Below, piece by piece: positions 55,295 to 64,000 of a DNA stretch of 64,000 nucleotides. Positions within the stretch are counted from its first letter, which is position 1. The number at the start of each line of letters is the position of its first letter. A program made the translations under genes and the position numbers. Under the pieces are notes generated by a model. The model searched no databases, had not been told where the DNA came from, and saw nothing but the letters and a program-made list of their open reading frames with translations. The stretch is from Vicinamibacterales bacterium (GTDB lineage: Bacteria > Acidobacteriota > Vicinamibacteria > Vicinamibacterales > UBA8438): the NCBI GenBank assembly GCA_965215155.1, contig CBDCCY010000002.1, positions 559,698-623,697 of the forward strand, read 5' to 3'.

Positions 55295-56320
55295 TCAAGG
55301 GTCGATCGCGCGGTCGCGGTACAACTGCAGCGCGACAGCGGGCCGCGTTACCCGCATCATGACTCTCCGTCCAGGGGGGTCCGGCCGCTCGTAGGTCAGC
55401 ATGTAGCGAGTCGACACCTCGTCGTAGTGGGCCCCGATGTCGGCCGCAAGGTCCGTCATGGCGCCGACCATGCCGGTCGCCGCGGCGACAGAAACGTATC
55501 GCCCCCCGGTGACCTCGGTGAGGCTGAGGGCGATCGTGTGTGTTGCCGACGTCCCGCGGCCGCCCGCGTCCCGATCCACGAGCGACCGCCGTCCGCGCTC
55601 GGCGAATCTCTCCCCGGAAGGACCGGCTGCGCCGAACGCGCCCACGCCGAATCCCTCCTCCCGCAGCACGCGGCGGGCGCTGTTCCACTGCACGACGTGA
55701 ACGATCGCGCCGCGTGCCCGCAGCGACTCGACGAAACGCCGGTACCGCCGCTCGTTCAGGAACGCGCTCGCCTCCCCGGAGTCGGTGATCAGGGCGACGA
55801 AGACCGGCCACACCTCGTCCTCGTCGTAGCGGCGCTCGAGGGTCTCCCGGATCGAGTCCACGAAGCGGACGCCGTCGGTCTCGTCGGTGAAGAGCCCCCT
55901 GGCTCGTTCGACGAGCTCCCCGCGGTCCGTCGTGAAGTCAGCGACCTGGCGAATCTGGCCGCCGATGGTGAACAGGCTGACGAGGTGCTGCGGCGGAAGC
56001 GTCTCGAGGAATCCCGCAACGGCGTCCCGCATCGGATTGACGGCCTGGCCGGCGCGCATCGCCTCGCCGTTGTCGACGAGCAACGCGACCCGCATCGGCT
56101 CGGTGCCGACGCGCACCGACACCACCCGGCCCGGGACCCGGTCCTCCGCCACCTGAAACTCCTCCGGTGCGAGGTCGGTCACCGGTTGCCCCTGCTGGTC
56201 CAGGACCTGGACGTAGGCCACGCGCTGCTCCTGGGCCGCGGCCCCGCCCGCGAGAGCGATGCACGCGATCGCCGCCGCCACGACCGTCCACGCTCGCACG
56301 CTGCGGATTCGATACGCCAT
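55295..56320 (-). CDS. VWFA-related exported protein 3
   Basis: VLDQQGQPVTDLAPEEFQVAEDR, MRVALLVDNGEAM, YMLTYERPDPPGRRVMMRVTRP. Confidence 0.85.
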   Translation of the reverse strand: MAYRIRSVRAWTVVAAAIACIALAGGAAAQEQRVAYVQVLDQQGQPVTDLAPEEFQVAEDRVPGRVVSVRVGTEPMRVALLVDNGEAMRAGQAVNPMRDAVAGFLETLPPQHLVSLFTIGGQIRQVADFTTDRGELVERARGLFTDETDGVRFVDSIRETLERRYDEDEVWPVFVALITDSGEASAFLNERRYRRFVESLRARGAIVHVVQWNSARRVLREEGFGVGAFGAAGPSGERFAERGRRSLVDRDAGGRGTSATHTIALSLTEVTGGRYVSVAAATGMVGAMTDLAADIGAHYDEVSTRYMLTYERPDPPGRRVMMRVTRPAVALQLYRDRAIDP

Positions 56321-56446
56321 GAGTCCTACCCTTTCCTGTTCGCCCGGGATCGTCCCGGACCGCCGGGTGCTTCCACGTCGCTCGGATTCGGTGCGCCGGT
56401 CGCCGACCGCCATCGTCCTCCCGTGTTCCGTGCAAGGTCCTCGCCG

Positions 56447-57361
56447 CTACGGCATGCTCCGGTCACCGAAGAGCTGCAGGTTGACCCCGGGGCGGGTCAC
56501 GCTCACGGACACGCTCTGCCCCCCCGGATCGGGACGCTCGTAGATCACGCGGTAGCGTATCGACGCCTGCTCCCAGTGGGTCGCCATGTCGGCCGCGAGC
56601 TGTCGGAGGATGTCCTCATATGCGGTCGCGGCTGCTATCTGCGCGTACCGGCCGCCGGTGTTCTCGGCCAGGTTGATGGCATAGCCGGTTGAAGTCTGCG
56701 CCCGCGTGCCCCCGGCCCCGCGCGAGCTCCAGAGTACGGAATGTACGGTCACGCCGCCGGCGAGCAAGTCTCCGACCCAGCCCATGAAACGGTCCTCGTT
56801 CATGAATGCGCTCTGCTCGATCCCATCGGTCAGGATCGCGACGAAGATGGGCCACGCTTCGTCACCGTCGAACCGCCGATCCCAGGTCTCCCGAACGCCG
56901 TCGATGAAGCGGACGCTGCCGGCGTTGTCGACGTGCAGGTCCGCGACCTCCTCGAGCAGCTCGGCCCGGTCGGTCGTGAAGCCGACGCGCCGGAACACCT
57001 GGCCGCCGATCGTGAACAGCCCGATCTCGTGCTCGGGCGGGATCGTCTCGATGAACCCCGTGACCGCGGCGCGCAGGGGGTTGATCGCCTGCCCCATGCT
57101 GATTCGGCGCCCGTTGTCGACCAGCAGGGCGATCTTCATCGGCTCGGTCCCGACCTCGGCCGAGACGACCTCGGCGGCGTTCCCGTCCTCGCTGACCTGG
57201 AACTCCTCCGGCGTGAGATCGGTCACCGGTTGGCCCGTCTGGTCGATGACCGCCGCGTAGATCAGGCCGAGCTCCTGGGCCGATGCGGCGCCCGCCAGAC
57301 CGATTCCCGCCAGGCAGGCGGCTACCGCGACCGCCGCGCGCAGCGTAACGAAACGACGCAT
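56447..57361 (-). CDS. VWFA-related exported protein 4
   Basis: VIDQTGQPVTDLTPEEFQVSEDG, MKIALLVDNGRRI, YRVIYERPDPGGQSVSVSVTRP; the ORF-track start at 59998 is over-extended. Confidence 0.85.
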   Translation of the reverse strand: MRRFVTLRAAVAVAACLAGIGLAGAASAQELGLIYAAVIDQTGQPVTDLTPEEFQVSEDGNAAEVVSAEVGTEPMKIALLVDNGRRISMGQAINPLRAAVTGFIETIPPEHEIGLFTIGGQVFRRVGFTTDRAELLEEVADLHVDNAGSVRFIDGVRETWDRRFDGDEAWPIFVAILTDGIEQSAFMNEDRFMGWVGDLLAGGVTVHSVLWSSRGAGGTRAQTSTGYAINLAENTGGRYAQIAAATAYEDILRQLAADMATHWEQASIRYRVIYERPDPGGQSVSVSVTRPGVNLQLFGDRSMP

Positions 57362-57514
57362 GCTCGACCTCCTTGCATTCGCGGCGTTCCCGCGATTCCT
57401 CATCGCGTGCCGCTCCGACTCTCCGGACCTCTCCAACTCGCCGCGCGGGCGGTGGACCGGGTTCGCCCACAGTATATAGGCCGGCCCCGCGGTTCGAGCC
57501 CGTTCGCCGCTACA

Positions 57515-58582
57515 ATGACGCAGGCCCGCATGTCGCTCTTCCGACCGGCGATCGACGCTCTCGACGGCTATGTGCCGGGCGAGCAGCCGGACCAGCCGGA
57601 CGTCGTCAAGCTCAATACCAACGAGAACGCGTATCCGCCGAGCCCGCGGGCGCTCGAGGCGCTGCGCGCGGTCGACGCGGACCTCCTGCGGCGCTATCCG
57701 CACCCTGCCGCCGACGAGTTCCGCCGGAGCGCCGCGGCGGCGCTCGGCATCGAGCCGGGGTGGATTCTGGCCGGCAACGGAAGCGACGACCTGCTGACGA
57801 TGCTGATGCGCGCCGTCGCCGCCCCCGACCGCGCGGTCGCGTACCCCGCCCCCACATATGTGTTGTACCGCACGCTGGCCGCGATGCAGGAAGCGCCGGT
57901 CATCGAGACGCCGTTCGACGACGCGTATACGCTGCCGCTGGACGCCCTGGCGCGGGCCGCGGCGGCGCTCACGATCGTCGCCAACCCCAACAGCCCCTCC
58001 GGCACGGCGGCCCCCCTCGACGCACTCGACGCGCTGGCGGCGCGGCTCGACGGCGTGCTCGTCATCGACGAAGCCTACGTGGAGTTCGGCGACGGCTCGG
58101 CCCTCGATCTCGTTCGCAGATGCGACCGGGTCGTCGTGCTGCGAACGCTCTCGAAGAGCCACGGGTTGGCCGGCCTGCGCCTCGGATTCGCCGTCGCCCA
58201 GCCGTCGCTCCTCGCCGGGCTCGCCAAGGTCAAGGACAGCTACAACGTCGATGCCGTCGCGGCGCGCGTGGGGGCCGCCGCCATCCGCGACGTCGACTAC
58301 ACGCGTGGCACGGTGGCCCGCATTCGAGGCGCGCGGCGGCGACTGACCGCCTCGCTCACCGCTCTCGGGTTCCGCGTCTGGCCGAGCCAGGCCAACTTCG
58401 TGCTCGCCCGCCCCCCGGACGGGGGGGCCCGGCGCCTGCACGAGGGCCTGCGGTCCCGAGGCATCCTCGTCCGCTACTTCGACGAGCCCCGCCTGGCCGA
58501 TACGCTGCGCATCACGGTGGGGACCGAGGCGCAGAACGAGCACCTGACGGCGACCCTGGCCGCCCTGCTGCGGCCGTCGTGA
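57515..58582 (+). CDS. hisC: Histidinol-phosphate aminotransferase
   Basis: VKLNTNENAYPPSP, GNGSDDLL, VANPNSPSGT, VIDEAYVEFG, TLSKSHGLAGLRLGF. Confidence 0.92.
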   Translation: MTQARMSLFRPAIDALDGYVPGEQPDQPDVVKLNTNENAYPPSPRALEALRAVDADLLRRYPHPAADEFRRSAAAALGIEPGWILAGNGSDDLLTMLMRAVAAPDRAVAYPAPTYVLYRTLAAMQEAPVIETPFDDAYTLPLDALARAAAALTIVANPNSPSGTAAPLDALDALAARLDGVLVIDEAYVEFGDGSALDLVRRCDRVVVLRTLSKSHGLAGLRLGFAVAQPSLLAGLAKVKDSYNVDAVAARVGAAAIRDVDYTRGTVARIRGARRRLTASLTALGFRVWPSQANFVLARPPDGGARRLHEGLRSRGILVRYFDEPRLADTLRITVGTEAQNEHLTATLAALLRPS

Positions 58583-58723
58583 AAGCCTGCCGCGCGGGCA
58601 CGACGCTTCACCGCACGACGCTATAATGCGCCCCTGCGCCCGCCGCGGGTGGCGCGGGCGCCGGCATCGGCATCGGCAATGGCTCGCGGCCCGCTCCGCC
58701 GCCGGCCCGGGAAGGAACTCCAG

Positions 58724-59791
58724 ATGCTCCGCTCTTGCCTTGCGGCCGCGGTCGGCGTCCTGATCATTCCGGCTGGCCCGATCGGCAGTGCCGCCGGGAA
58801 CCCCACCGAAGGCTCCGCGCCGACCGCCGCGGTCGGGCAGTCCGACGTCGACCGCTACGAGCTCGACCGGGCGCGCAAGGTTCGCCGCGACCGCACGCTG
58901 CGCACGCTGAGCGAGGGCGTGCTCAGGATGCGGAAGCTCACCTACCGCAGCCGCATCGGTGACCTGGACATTCCCTTCTACCTGTTCGAGCCGCTGGAAC
59001 TGCGCCGGGACCGGGGCCACGCGGCCCTCATCTGGATTCACGGGGGCGTGCACGGAGACTTCGATCCGTCCTACTTCCCGTTCGTCAAGGAGGCGGTCGA
59101 CCGAGGCTACGTCGTGCTCGCGCCCGAGTACCGCGGCAGCACGGGCTACGGCCGTCGCCACCACGAGGCGATCGACTACGGCGGCTTCGAGGTCGACGAC
59201 TGCCTGACCGCCCTGGACTACCTGCGCGCCGAGCTCCCGCACGTCGATCCGGAACGCGTGGGCGTGATCGGGTGGAGTCATGGGGGCTTCATCGCGCTCC
59301 ACTCGGTCTTCCGCGACCAGACGTCGTTCCGGGCCGCCGCGGCCCTCGTGCCGGTCACCAACCTGGTGTTCCGCCTCTCCTACAAGGGCCCCCGCTATGC
59401 ACGCCACTTCATCAGCCAGCCCCGCATCGGCGGCCCGGTGTACGCACGGCGGGACGTCTACGTCGAGCGCTCGCCGCTCTACCACGTCGACCGGCTCGCG
59501 ACGCCGCTCCTCGTGCATGTGGCGGACAACGACCGGGACGTCAACTTCGTCGAGGCGCAGCAGCTCATCCATGCGCTCGAGTACCTGAAGCCGAAGCTGG
59601 CCGAGACGCGCATCTACCGCGACCCGCCCGTCGACGAGTTCGGGGGCGGACACCGCTTCAACCGGCGCGTCGACCGCGCGAACGGCTACCGGCGGGTCGA
59701 CAGCCCGCACCAGCGGGACTCCTGGAACCGCATCTGGACGTTCCTCGAGTGGCACCTCCGCCCGTACCGGACGACACCCCTCGCCCGGTGA
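58724..59791 (+). CDS. S9-type peptidase / alpha-beta hydrolase, exported
   Basis: LIWIHGGVHGDF, VVLAPEYRGSTGYG, VGVIGWSHGGFIAL (GxSxG-type), VHVADNDRDVNFVEA. Confidence 0.85.
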   Translation: MLRSCLAAAVGVLIIPAGPIGSAAGNPTEGSAPTAAVGQSDVDRYELDRARKVRRDRTLRTLSEGVLRMRKLTYRSRIGDLDIPFYLFEPLELRRDRGHAALIWIHGGVHGDFDPSYFPFVKEAVDRGYVVLAPEYRGSTGYGRRHHEAIDYGGFEVDDCLTALDYLRAELPHVDPERVGVIGWSHGGFIALHSVFRDQTSFRAAAALVPVTNLVFRLSYKGPRYARHFISQPRIGGPVYARRDVYVERSPLYHVDRLATPLLVHVADNDRDVNFVEAQQLIHALEYLKPKLAETRIYRDPPVDEFGGGHRFNRRVDRANGYRRVDSPHQRDSWNRIWTFLEWHLRPYRTTPLAR

Positions 59792-60180
59792 ACCGCGACG
59801 CCTCCCCGACCGGGTCGCCGACGGGCGGCTGCCGGCCCCCTCAAGCCCGGCGCGCGACGGCCGATACGTCCACCAGAGATGGTGCACTTTGCGAGACGGC
59901 GGTTGGGCCGGCGGGAGCAGCTCACCGTGCGCACCGCTCCGACGCTCAGCGGCCACCGCATCGTCGTCGGCCATCCGGATGGCCGGCGGGTGGTGCACGA
60001 CTTCCCCGACTACTCCGCCCGCTATCTCGGCACGATCGCGATTCAGGCGGAGTTGCTCCGGGACGGGTGGAGACCGGTGCGACCGCCCCGGCGTCGGACC
60101 GCCGCGGTCTGCGGCCGGCCCGTCGGCGCCGCGCGGACGTGAGCCGCGGCCGGCCGGGTACGACGCGGATCGAACCGACG

Positions 60181-60807
60181 ATGGGCGCGTCGCGGCTCAT
60201 CGCGCTGGACGTCGCGCTCCTGCTGCCCCGCGCGGCGGCGGTCTCGTTGGGGCGGCTGAACGCTCGGCTTCGGCCTCCGCCCGCAGGTTTCGCCTTCGAC
60301 GACACCCACCTGCCCCACGTCACGCTCGTCCAGCAGTTCGTCCGGGCGGCCGACCTGGACGTCGTTCTGCCCGCGCTCGGCGGGGTCGCCTCGCGGATGC
60401 CACCGATCCGGCTGCGCAGTGTCGGGCTGCGCCGCGGCCGCACGACCACGAGCCTCGGAGTCGACGGAGGGGCCGCGCTCCGCCGCCTGCACTATCACCT
60501 CCTTGAGCGTCTCGAGCCCCATGCGGCGCCGCCGGCCGGTGCCTCGGCGTTCGTGGCCGAGGGCGAGCCCCCCCGCGACGGCGACATCGACTGGGTCGCG
60601 CACTTTCGCACGCAGGCGGCGGGAGCACGCTTCGAGCCGCACGTCACCCTGGGCGTCGGCGCGCTCGGCGTCGCCGCGCCGCGGATCGCGTTCACGGCCA
60701 CCGAGCTGGCGGCCTGCCATCTCGGCCGCTTCTGCACCTGCCGGCGTGTCCTGGGCGCATGGGGACTCGGGGGCTCGGCGGAGGCGCCCGCGGAGTCCGC
60801 ATCGTGA
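60181..60807 (+). CDS. 2'-5' RNA ligase superfamily-like protein
   Basis: DTHLPHVTLVQQF and FEPHVTLGVG (HxT-type motifs). Confidence 0.6.
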   Translation: MGASRLIALDVALLLPRAAAVSLGRLNARLRPPPAGFAFDDTHLPHVTLVQQFVRAADLDVVLPALGGVASRMPPIRLRSVGLRRGRTTTSLGVDGGAALRRLHYHLLERLEPHAAPPAGASAFVAEGEPPRDGDIDWVAHFRTQAAGARFEPHVTLGVGALGVAAPRIAFTATELAACHLGRFCTCRRVLGAWGLGGSAEAPAESAS

Positions 60808-61217
60808 CGGTCGCCCTGGTGGGGCTGGCCGCGGTGGGGCTGCTCATCGCGTCGTACTTCACGGCGGTCGCCTATCGCTGGATGCGGCCGGACGCGCGCT
60901 GGATCCCCCCTTTCTGCCGCCTGGGCGAGGCGACGTGCGCGTCGATCGTCTTCACCCCCGCGGCCCGCGTGTTCCGCGTGCCCAACTCGCTGCTGGGCCA
61001 GCTCTACTACGCCTCGCTGCTCGCCGGCGCGCCGGCCGGCGCCCTCGACGAGCCGCGGCTGCGGCTCGTCTGGCTCGCGGCGAGTCTCGTCACGGTCGGC
61101 CTGGGCGCGTACCTGACGTGGTCGCTGCTGTTCGTGATCCGCGTCGCCTGCGTGCTCTGCTTCACGTCGCACGCGATCAACGCGGTTATCCTCGGCCTGC
61201 TGCTCCTGGGGATCTGA
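60759..61217 (+). CDS. Vitamin K epoxide reductase (VKOR)-family protein
   Basis: CRLGEATCASIVFTPAARVFRVPNSLLGQLYY, RVACVLCFTSHAINAVI (CxxC). Confidence 0.8.
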   Translation: MGTRGLGGGARGVRIVTVALVGLAAVGLLIASYFTAVAYRWMRPDARWIPPFCRLGEATCASIVFTPAARVFRVPNSLLGQLYYASLLAGAPAGALDEPRLRLVWLAASLVTVGLGAYLTWSLLFVIRVACVLCFTSHAINAVILGLLLLGI

Positions 61218-61262
61218 CCGACCGGTTCCCCCGATGCGGCAAGCTGCGTGCGGGAGGCTCCC

Positions 61263-62282
61263 ATGAATGAGCAGCAGTGGTACGTGGCGCCGCACGGCAA
61301 TCAGATCGGACCGATTCCCCGCTCGGAGGTCGAGTCGATGCTGCGGAACGGCAGCATCGACGGCGACACCCACGTGTTCCGCCCGGGGCTGAGCGGCTGG
61401 ATGCGGCTGCGCGACGTGCCGCAACTCGCCGGCGCGGTGGCACCGGTGGACGCCGCGGTCGTGCCGCACCCGCCCGGCCGGGCCGCGCACGAGATCGACT
61501 TTCGGATCGAGGGCACGGAGATGCAGTTCGTCGAGGTGGCCCTCGATCCCGGCGAAAGTGCGGTGGCCGAGGCCGGGGCCATGATGTACATGACGTCCGG
61601 CATCCGCATGGAGACCGTCTTCGGCGACGGGAGCGAGCGCAGGCAGTCCGGCATCGTCGGCACGCTCCTCGGTGCCGGCAAGCGCCTCCTCACCGGCGAG
61701 AGCCTGTTCATGACCGTGTTCACGAACGAAGGCCCGGGACTGCAGCGCGTCGCGTTCACCGCCCCGTACGCGGGGAAGATCCTGCCGATGGACCTTGCGA
61801 CCCTCGGCGGCGAGCTCGTCTGCCAGCGGGACGCGTTCCTCAGCGCCGCGAAGGGCGTGTCGATCGGCATCGCGTTCCAGAAGAAGATCGGGGCCGGCCT
61901 GTTCGGCGGCGAGGGGTTCATCATGCAGCGGCTCGAGGGCGACGGCCTCACCTTCGTGCACGCCGGCGGCACGGTCAAGCTGCTGGAACTCGGGCCCGGC
62001 GAGACGCTGCGCATCGACACCGGCTGCCTCGTGGCGCTCGAGCCGCGGGTCAGCTACGACGTGCAGTTCGTGGGCGGCATCAAGAGCGCGCTGTTCGGCG
62101 GCGAAGGCATCTTCTTCGCGACGCTCTCCGGCCCCGGGCGCGTCTGGCTGCAGTCGCTCCCGCTGAGCCGGCTGGCCGACCGCATCTACAAGGCCGCGCC
62201 GCAGACCGGCGGGCGGCGCCAGGGAGAGGGTTCCGTGCTCGACCACCTCGGCGGCCTCGGCAACCTCATCGACGGCCGCTAG
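61263..62282 (+). CDS. GYF_2 domain + AIM24/TIGR00266-type protein
   Basis: QWYVAPHGNQIGPIPRSEVESMLRNGSIDGDTHVFRPGLSGWMRL then FVEVALDPGESAVAEAGAMMYMTSGI, GGEGFIMQRLEGDGLTFVHAGG. Confidence 0.8.
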   Translation: MNEQQWYVAPHGNQIGPIPRSEVESMLRNGSIDGDTHVFRPGLSGWMRLRDVPQLAGAVAPVDAAVVPHPPGRAAHEIDFRIEGTEMQFVEVALDPGESAVAEAGAMMYMTSGIRMETVFGDGSERRQSGIVGTLLGAGKRLLTGESLFMTVFTNEGPGLQRVAFTAPYAGKILPMDLATLGGELVCQRDAFLSAAKGVSIGIAFQKKIGAGLFGGEGFIMQRLEGDGLTFVHAGGTVKLLELGPGETLRIDTGCLVALEPRVSYDVQFVGGIKSALFGGEGIFFATLSGPGRVWLQSLPLSRLADRIYKAAPQTGGRRQGEGSVLDHLGGLGNLIDGR

Positions 62283-62477
62283 GAGTCTGCGTCGCAGAAC
62301 CTGCCATCGGGGACTCCGTGCCAGCGCAGACTCTCAACGCGCCCGTCAGGGCGCGCCAGGAGCGCCGTTGGCGGTCGGGTCGTACGATATAGTGTGCGTT
62401 CGGCCGGCGGGCGGGCGCCCCCGGCCACCGCCCGCGGGGCGGCGATTCGGAGGGGTCCAGACAAGACGAGGATGCAA

Positions 62478-62930
62478 ATGAAGGCACGACGGCTCGGACG
62501 ATGGAACGGAACGGTCACGGTGGCGTCGCTGGCGCTGGTCGCCGCGGGGGCATTCTGGAGCGGCACGGCGGCGCAGGATCGCACCGTCTGGGACGGCGTC
62601 TTCACCGAGGAGCAGGCGACGCGCGGCATGGCCACCTACGAGCAGGAATGCTCGCAGTGCCACCTCGAAGACCTGCTCGGCGACGGGATCGCTCCGGCGC
62701 TGATCGGCGCCCCGTTCCATTTCCGGTGGAGCGATCTGTCCGTCGGCGACATGCTCGTCGCCATCCGCACGACGATGCCGCAGGGTGCGCCGGCCAGCCT
62801 GAGCCCGCGGGCGTACGCCGACATCGTCGCCTACATGCTGAAGGTCAACGACTTCCCCGCCGGCGACACGGAGCTCCCGACCAGCGTCGACGACCTCGAG
62901 GGCATCATCATCGTCGAAGACGCTCCCTGA
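62478..62930 (+). CDS. c-type cytochrome
   Basis: RGMATYEQECSQCHLEDLLG heme motif, signal peptide. Confidence 0.88.
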   Translation: MKARRLGRWNGTVTVASLALVAAGAFWSGTAAQDRTVWDGVFTEEQATRGMATYEQECSQCHLEDLLGDGIAPALIGAPFHFRWSDLSVGDMLVAIRTTMPQGAPASLSPRAYADIVAYMLKVNDFPAGDTELPTSVDDLEGIIIVEDAP

Positions 62931-63087
62931 AGGAGCACGGCACCGACAACCGACAACGCGGCGGTGCGAGGGCCGGAGAGCGGCCCGGCCCTCGCACCGC
63001 CCCGCACCTCCCGCGTTCCAGCCGCAACCGGATTGCCTGCCCACCCCGCTGCCGGCTCCGGCACGGCCGGATGACCCGGAGCCTGCG

Positions 63088-63984
63088 TCAGAGCGGCGAG
63101 TCGGGCAGTCGGCGGGCCTTCGGGCCGTCGTACACGTGCCGGGCCGGGTCTATCGACCGCATGGCTGCCTCCCGCCGCTGCTCCTCGAGCGAGTGCGCGA
63201 CGAGTCCGGGAACGCGCGCGATCGTGAACAGCATCGTCGCGGTCTCGGCATCGAAACCGATGTCGCCGCAGACGGCTGCGATCGCCCCGTCGACGTTCAG
63301 CGACACGGGGGCCTTGCCCGACGCGGTGCGGCGCCCGTTCAACTCCTGCTCGAGGGCGCGCGCGAGTTGCGTGTAGGCGCCGTCGACGTCGAGCTCGAAG
63401 GACAACTGCAGCAGCCGGGCCGCGCGCGGGTCGCGCGAGTGGTGGCGATGGCCGAACCCCGGGGGCGCGTCGCCCGTGGGAGTCTCCGTCCAGTGGTCGA
63501 GCAGACGGCGCGCCGCGTCGTCGGGCGAGACCCAGTCGTCGACCAGGGCGATGCCCTCCTCGAGGAATCGGAGGCAGGCCCCGATGCTGCCGCCGCCTCC
63601 GAGCCGGGAGCCCAGCGCGAGCACGCCGGCGGCCGTCGCCGCCCGCGGCGGAGCCCCGGTGCCCGCGACGGTACGCGCCGCGAGCGTCGACGGGGGCTGG
63701 ACGCCGTGATCTATGGCGGAGACGAGCAACGCCTCCATCAGGCGGCCGAACGCGGGCGACGGCGGCTCTCCGGCGAGGAGCAGGTAGATCGCCTCGCCGA
63801 ACGAGAGACGTCCCATGACCTCATCGAGCCGGTAGCCGCGGACGAGGATGCTGTCGGGGCCGATGCGGGTGATTGCCGTTCCCCAGGCGTCCGCCGCCTC
63901 GCCGCCGCCCTGCGGGGACCCGCCGGCGGCGGGCGGCCGGTCGCCGGGCGTCGGCGCAGGCGGAGCCGGGTCGCTTGGGGCCAC
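63088..63984 (-). CDS. Citryl-CoA lyase / citrate synthase-like protein
   Basis: ITRIGPDSILVRGYRLDEVMGRLSFGEAIYLLLAGEPP, FGHRHHSRDPRA, SLNVDGAIAAVCGDIGF, IARVPGLVAHSLEE. Confidence 0.8.
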   Translation of the reverse strand: MAPSDPAPPAPTPGDRPPAAGGSPQGGGEAADAWGTAITRIGPDSILVRGYRLDEVMGRLSFGEAIYLLLAGEPPSPAFGRLMEALLVSAIDHGVQPPSTLAARTVAGTGAPPRAATAAGVLALGSRLGGGGSIGACLRFLEEGIALVDDWVSPDDAARRLLDHWTETPTGDAPPGFGHRHHSRDPRAARLLQLSFELDVDGAYTQLARALEQELNGRRTASGKAPVSLNVDGAIAAVCGDIGFDAETATMLFTIARVPGLVAHSLEEQRREAAMRSIDPARHVYDGPKARRLPDSPL

Positions 63985-64000
63985 GGATAGCCTCTCTTTC

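Noticed and set aside
56447-59998. 1183-aa minus-strand ORF
   Set aside because: Only 56447-57361 is the real VWFA-related gene; the upstream part is antisense to hisC and the hydrolase and has GC-skewed, low-information composition.
1-64000. CRISPR arrays
   Set aside because: No regularly spaced repeat array and no Cas-like proteins; the repeats seen are long direct repeats, tandem 84-mers or isolated hairpins.
1-64000. Prophage structural genes
   Set aside because: No terminase, portal, capsid or tail-like sequences were recognised; only satellite-type replication and integration genes.

Overview
High-GC bacterial window. Runs of acidobacterial-style VWFA-related and M16 genes suggest Acidobacteriota, but this is inference only. 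From left to right it holds a thiolase 3' end, a YVTN/beta-propeller protein, an LVIVD-type protein, recA, an FtsB-like protein, two M16 peptidases, tRNA-Phe, a histidine kinase/response regulator fusion and an IS630-type element. Next comes a minus-strand, tightly coupled operon that is split in two. Its upstream half (44.75-40.39 kb) encodes a cysteine desulfurase, a GcvH-like lipoyl carrier, a CobW-type GTPase, a small Cys protein, a 4Fe-4S protein and the N-terminus of a radical SAM protein. Its downstream half (18.80-13.25 kb) encodes the radical SAM C-terminal part, a DUF116-polyprenyl synthetase fusion, a beta-barrel-type terpene cyclase-like protein and a squalene-cyclase-like protein with a DADD motif. 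A lipoate-ligase-like gene is divergent at the head. I regard this as the most interesting candidate biological system. About 21.6 kb of mosaic accessory DNA separates the halves. It contains glycosyltransferase and flippase genes (one split by a second IS630 copy), an AlpA/primase/tyrosine-integrase module, a DUF4338 (DruA-like) + ISKra4-type transposon with a 9-bp TSD, a recombinase-in-trio element nested in an IS66-like transposase, and several structured repeats. The right third is more ordinary: a PQQ-type dehydrogenase, exported proteins, four tandem VWFA-related paralogs, hisC, a hydrolase, VKOR, cytochrome c and a citryl-CoA lyase/citrate synthase-like gene. Most other long ORFs in the track are antisense or out-of-frame GC artefacts.
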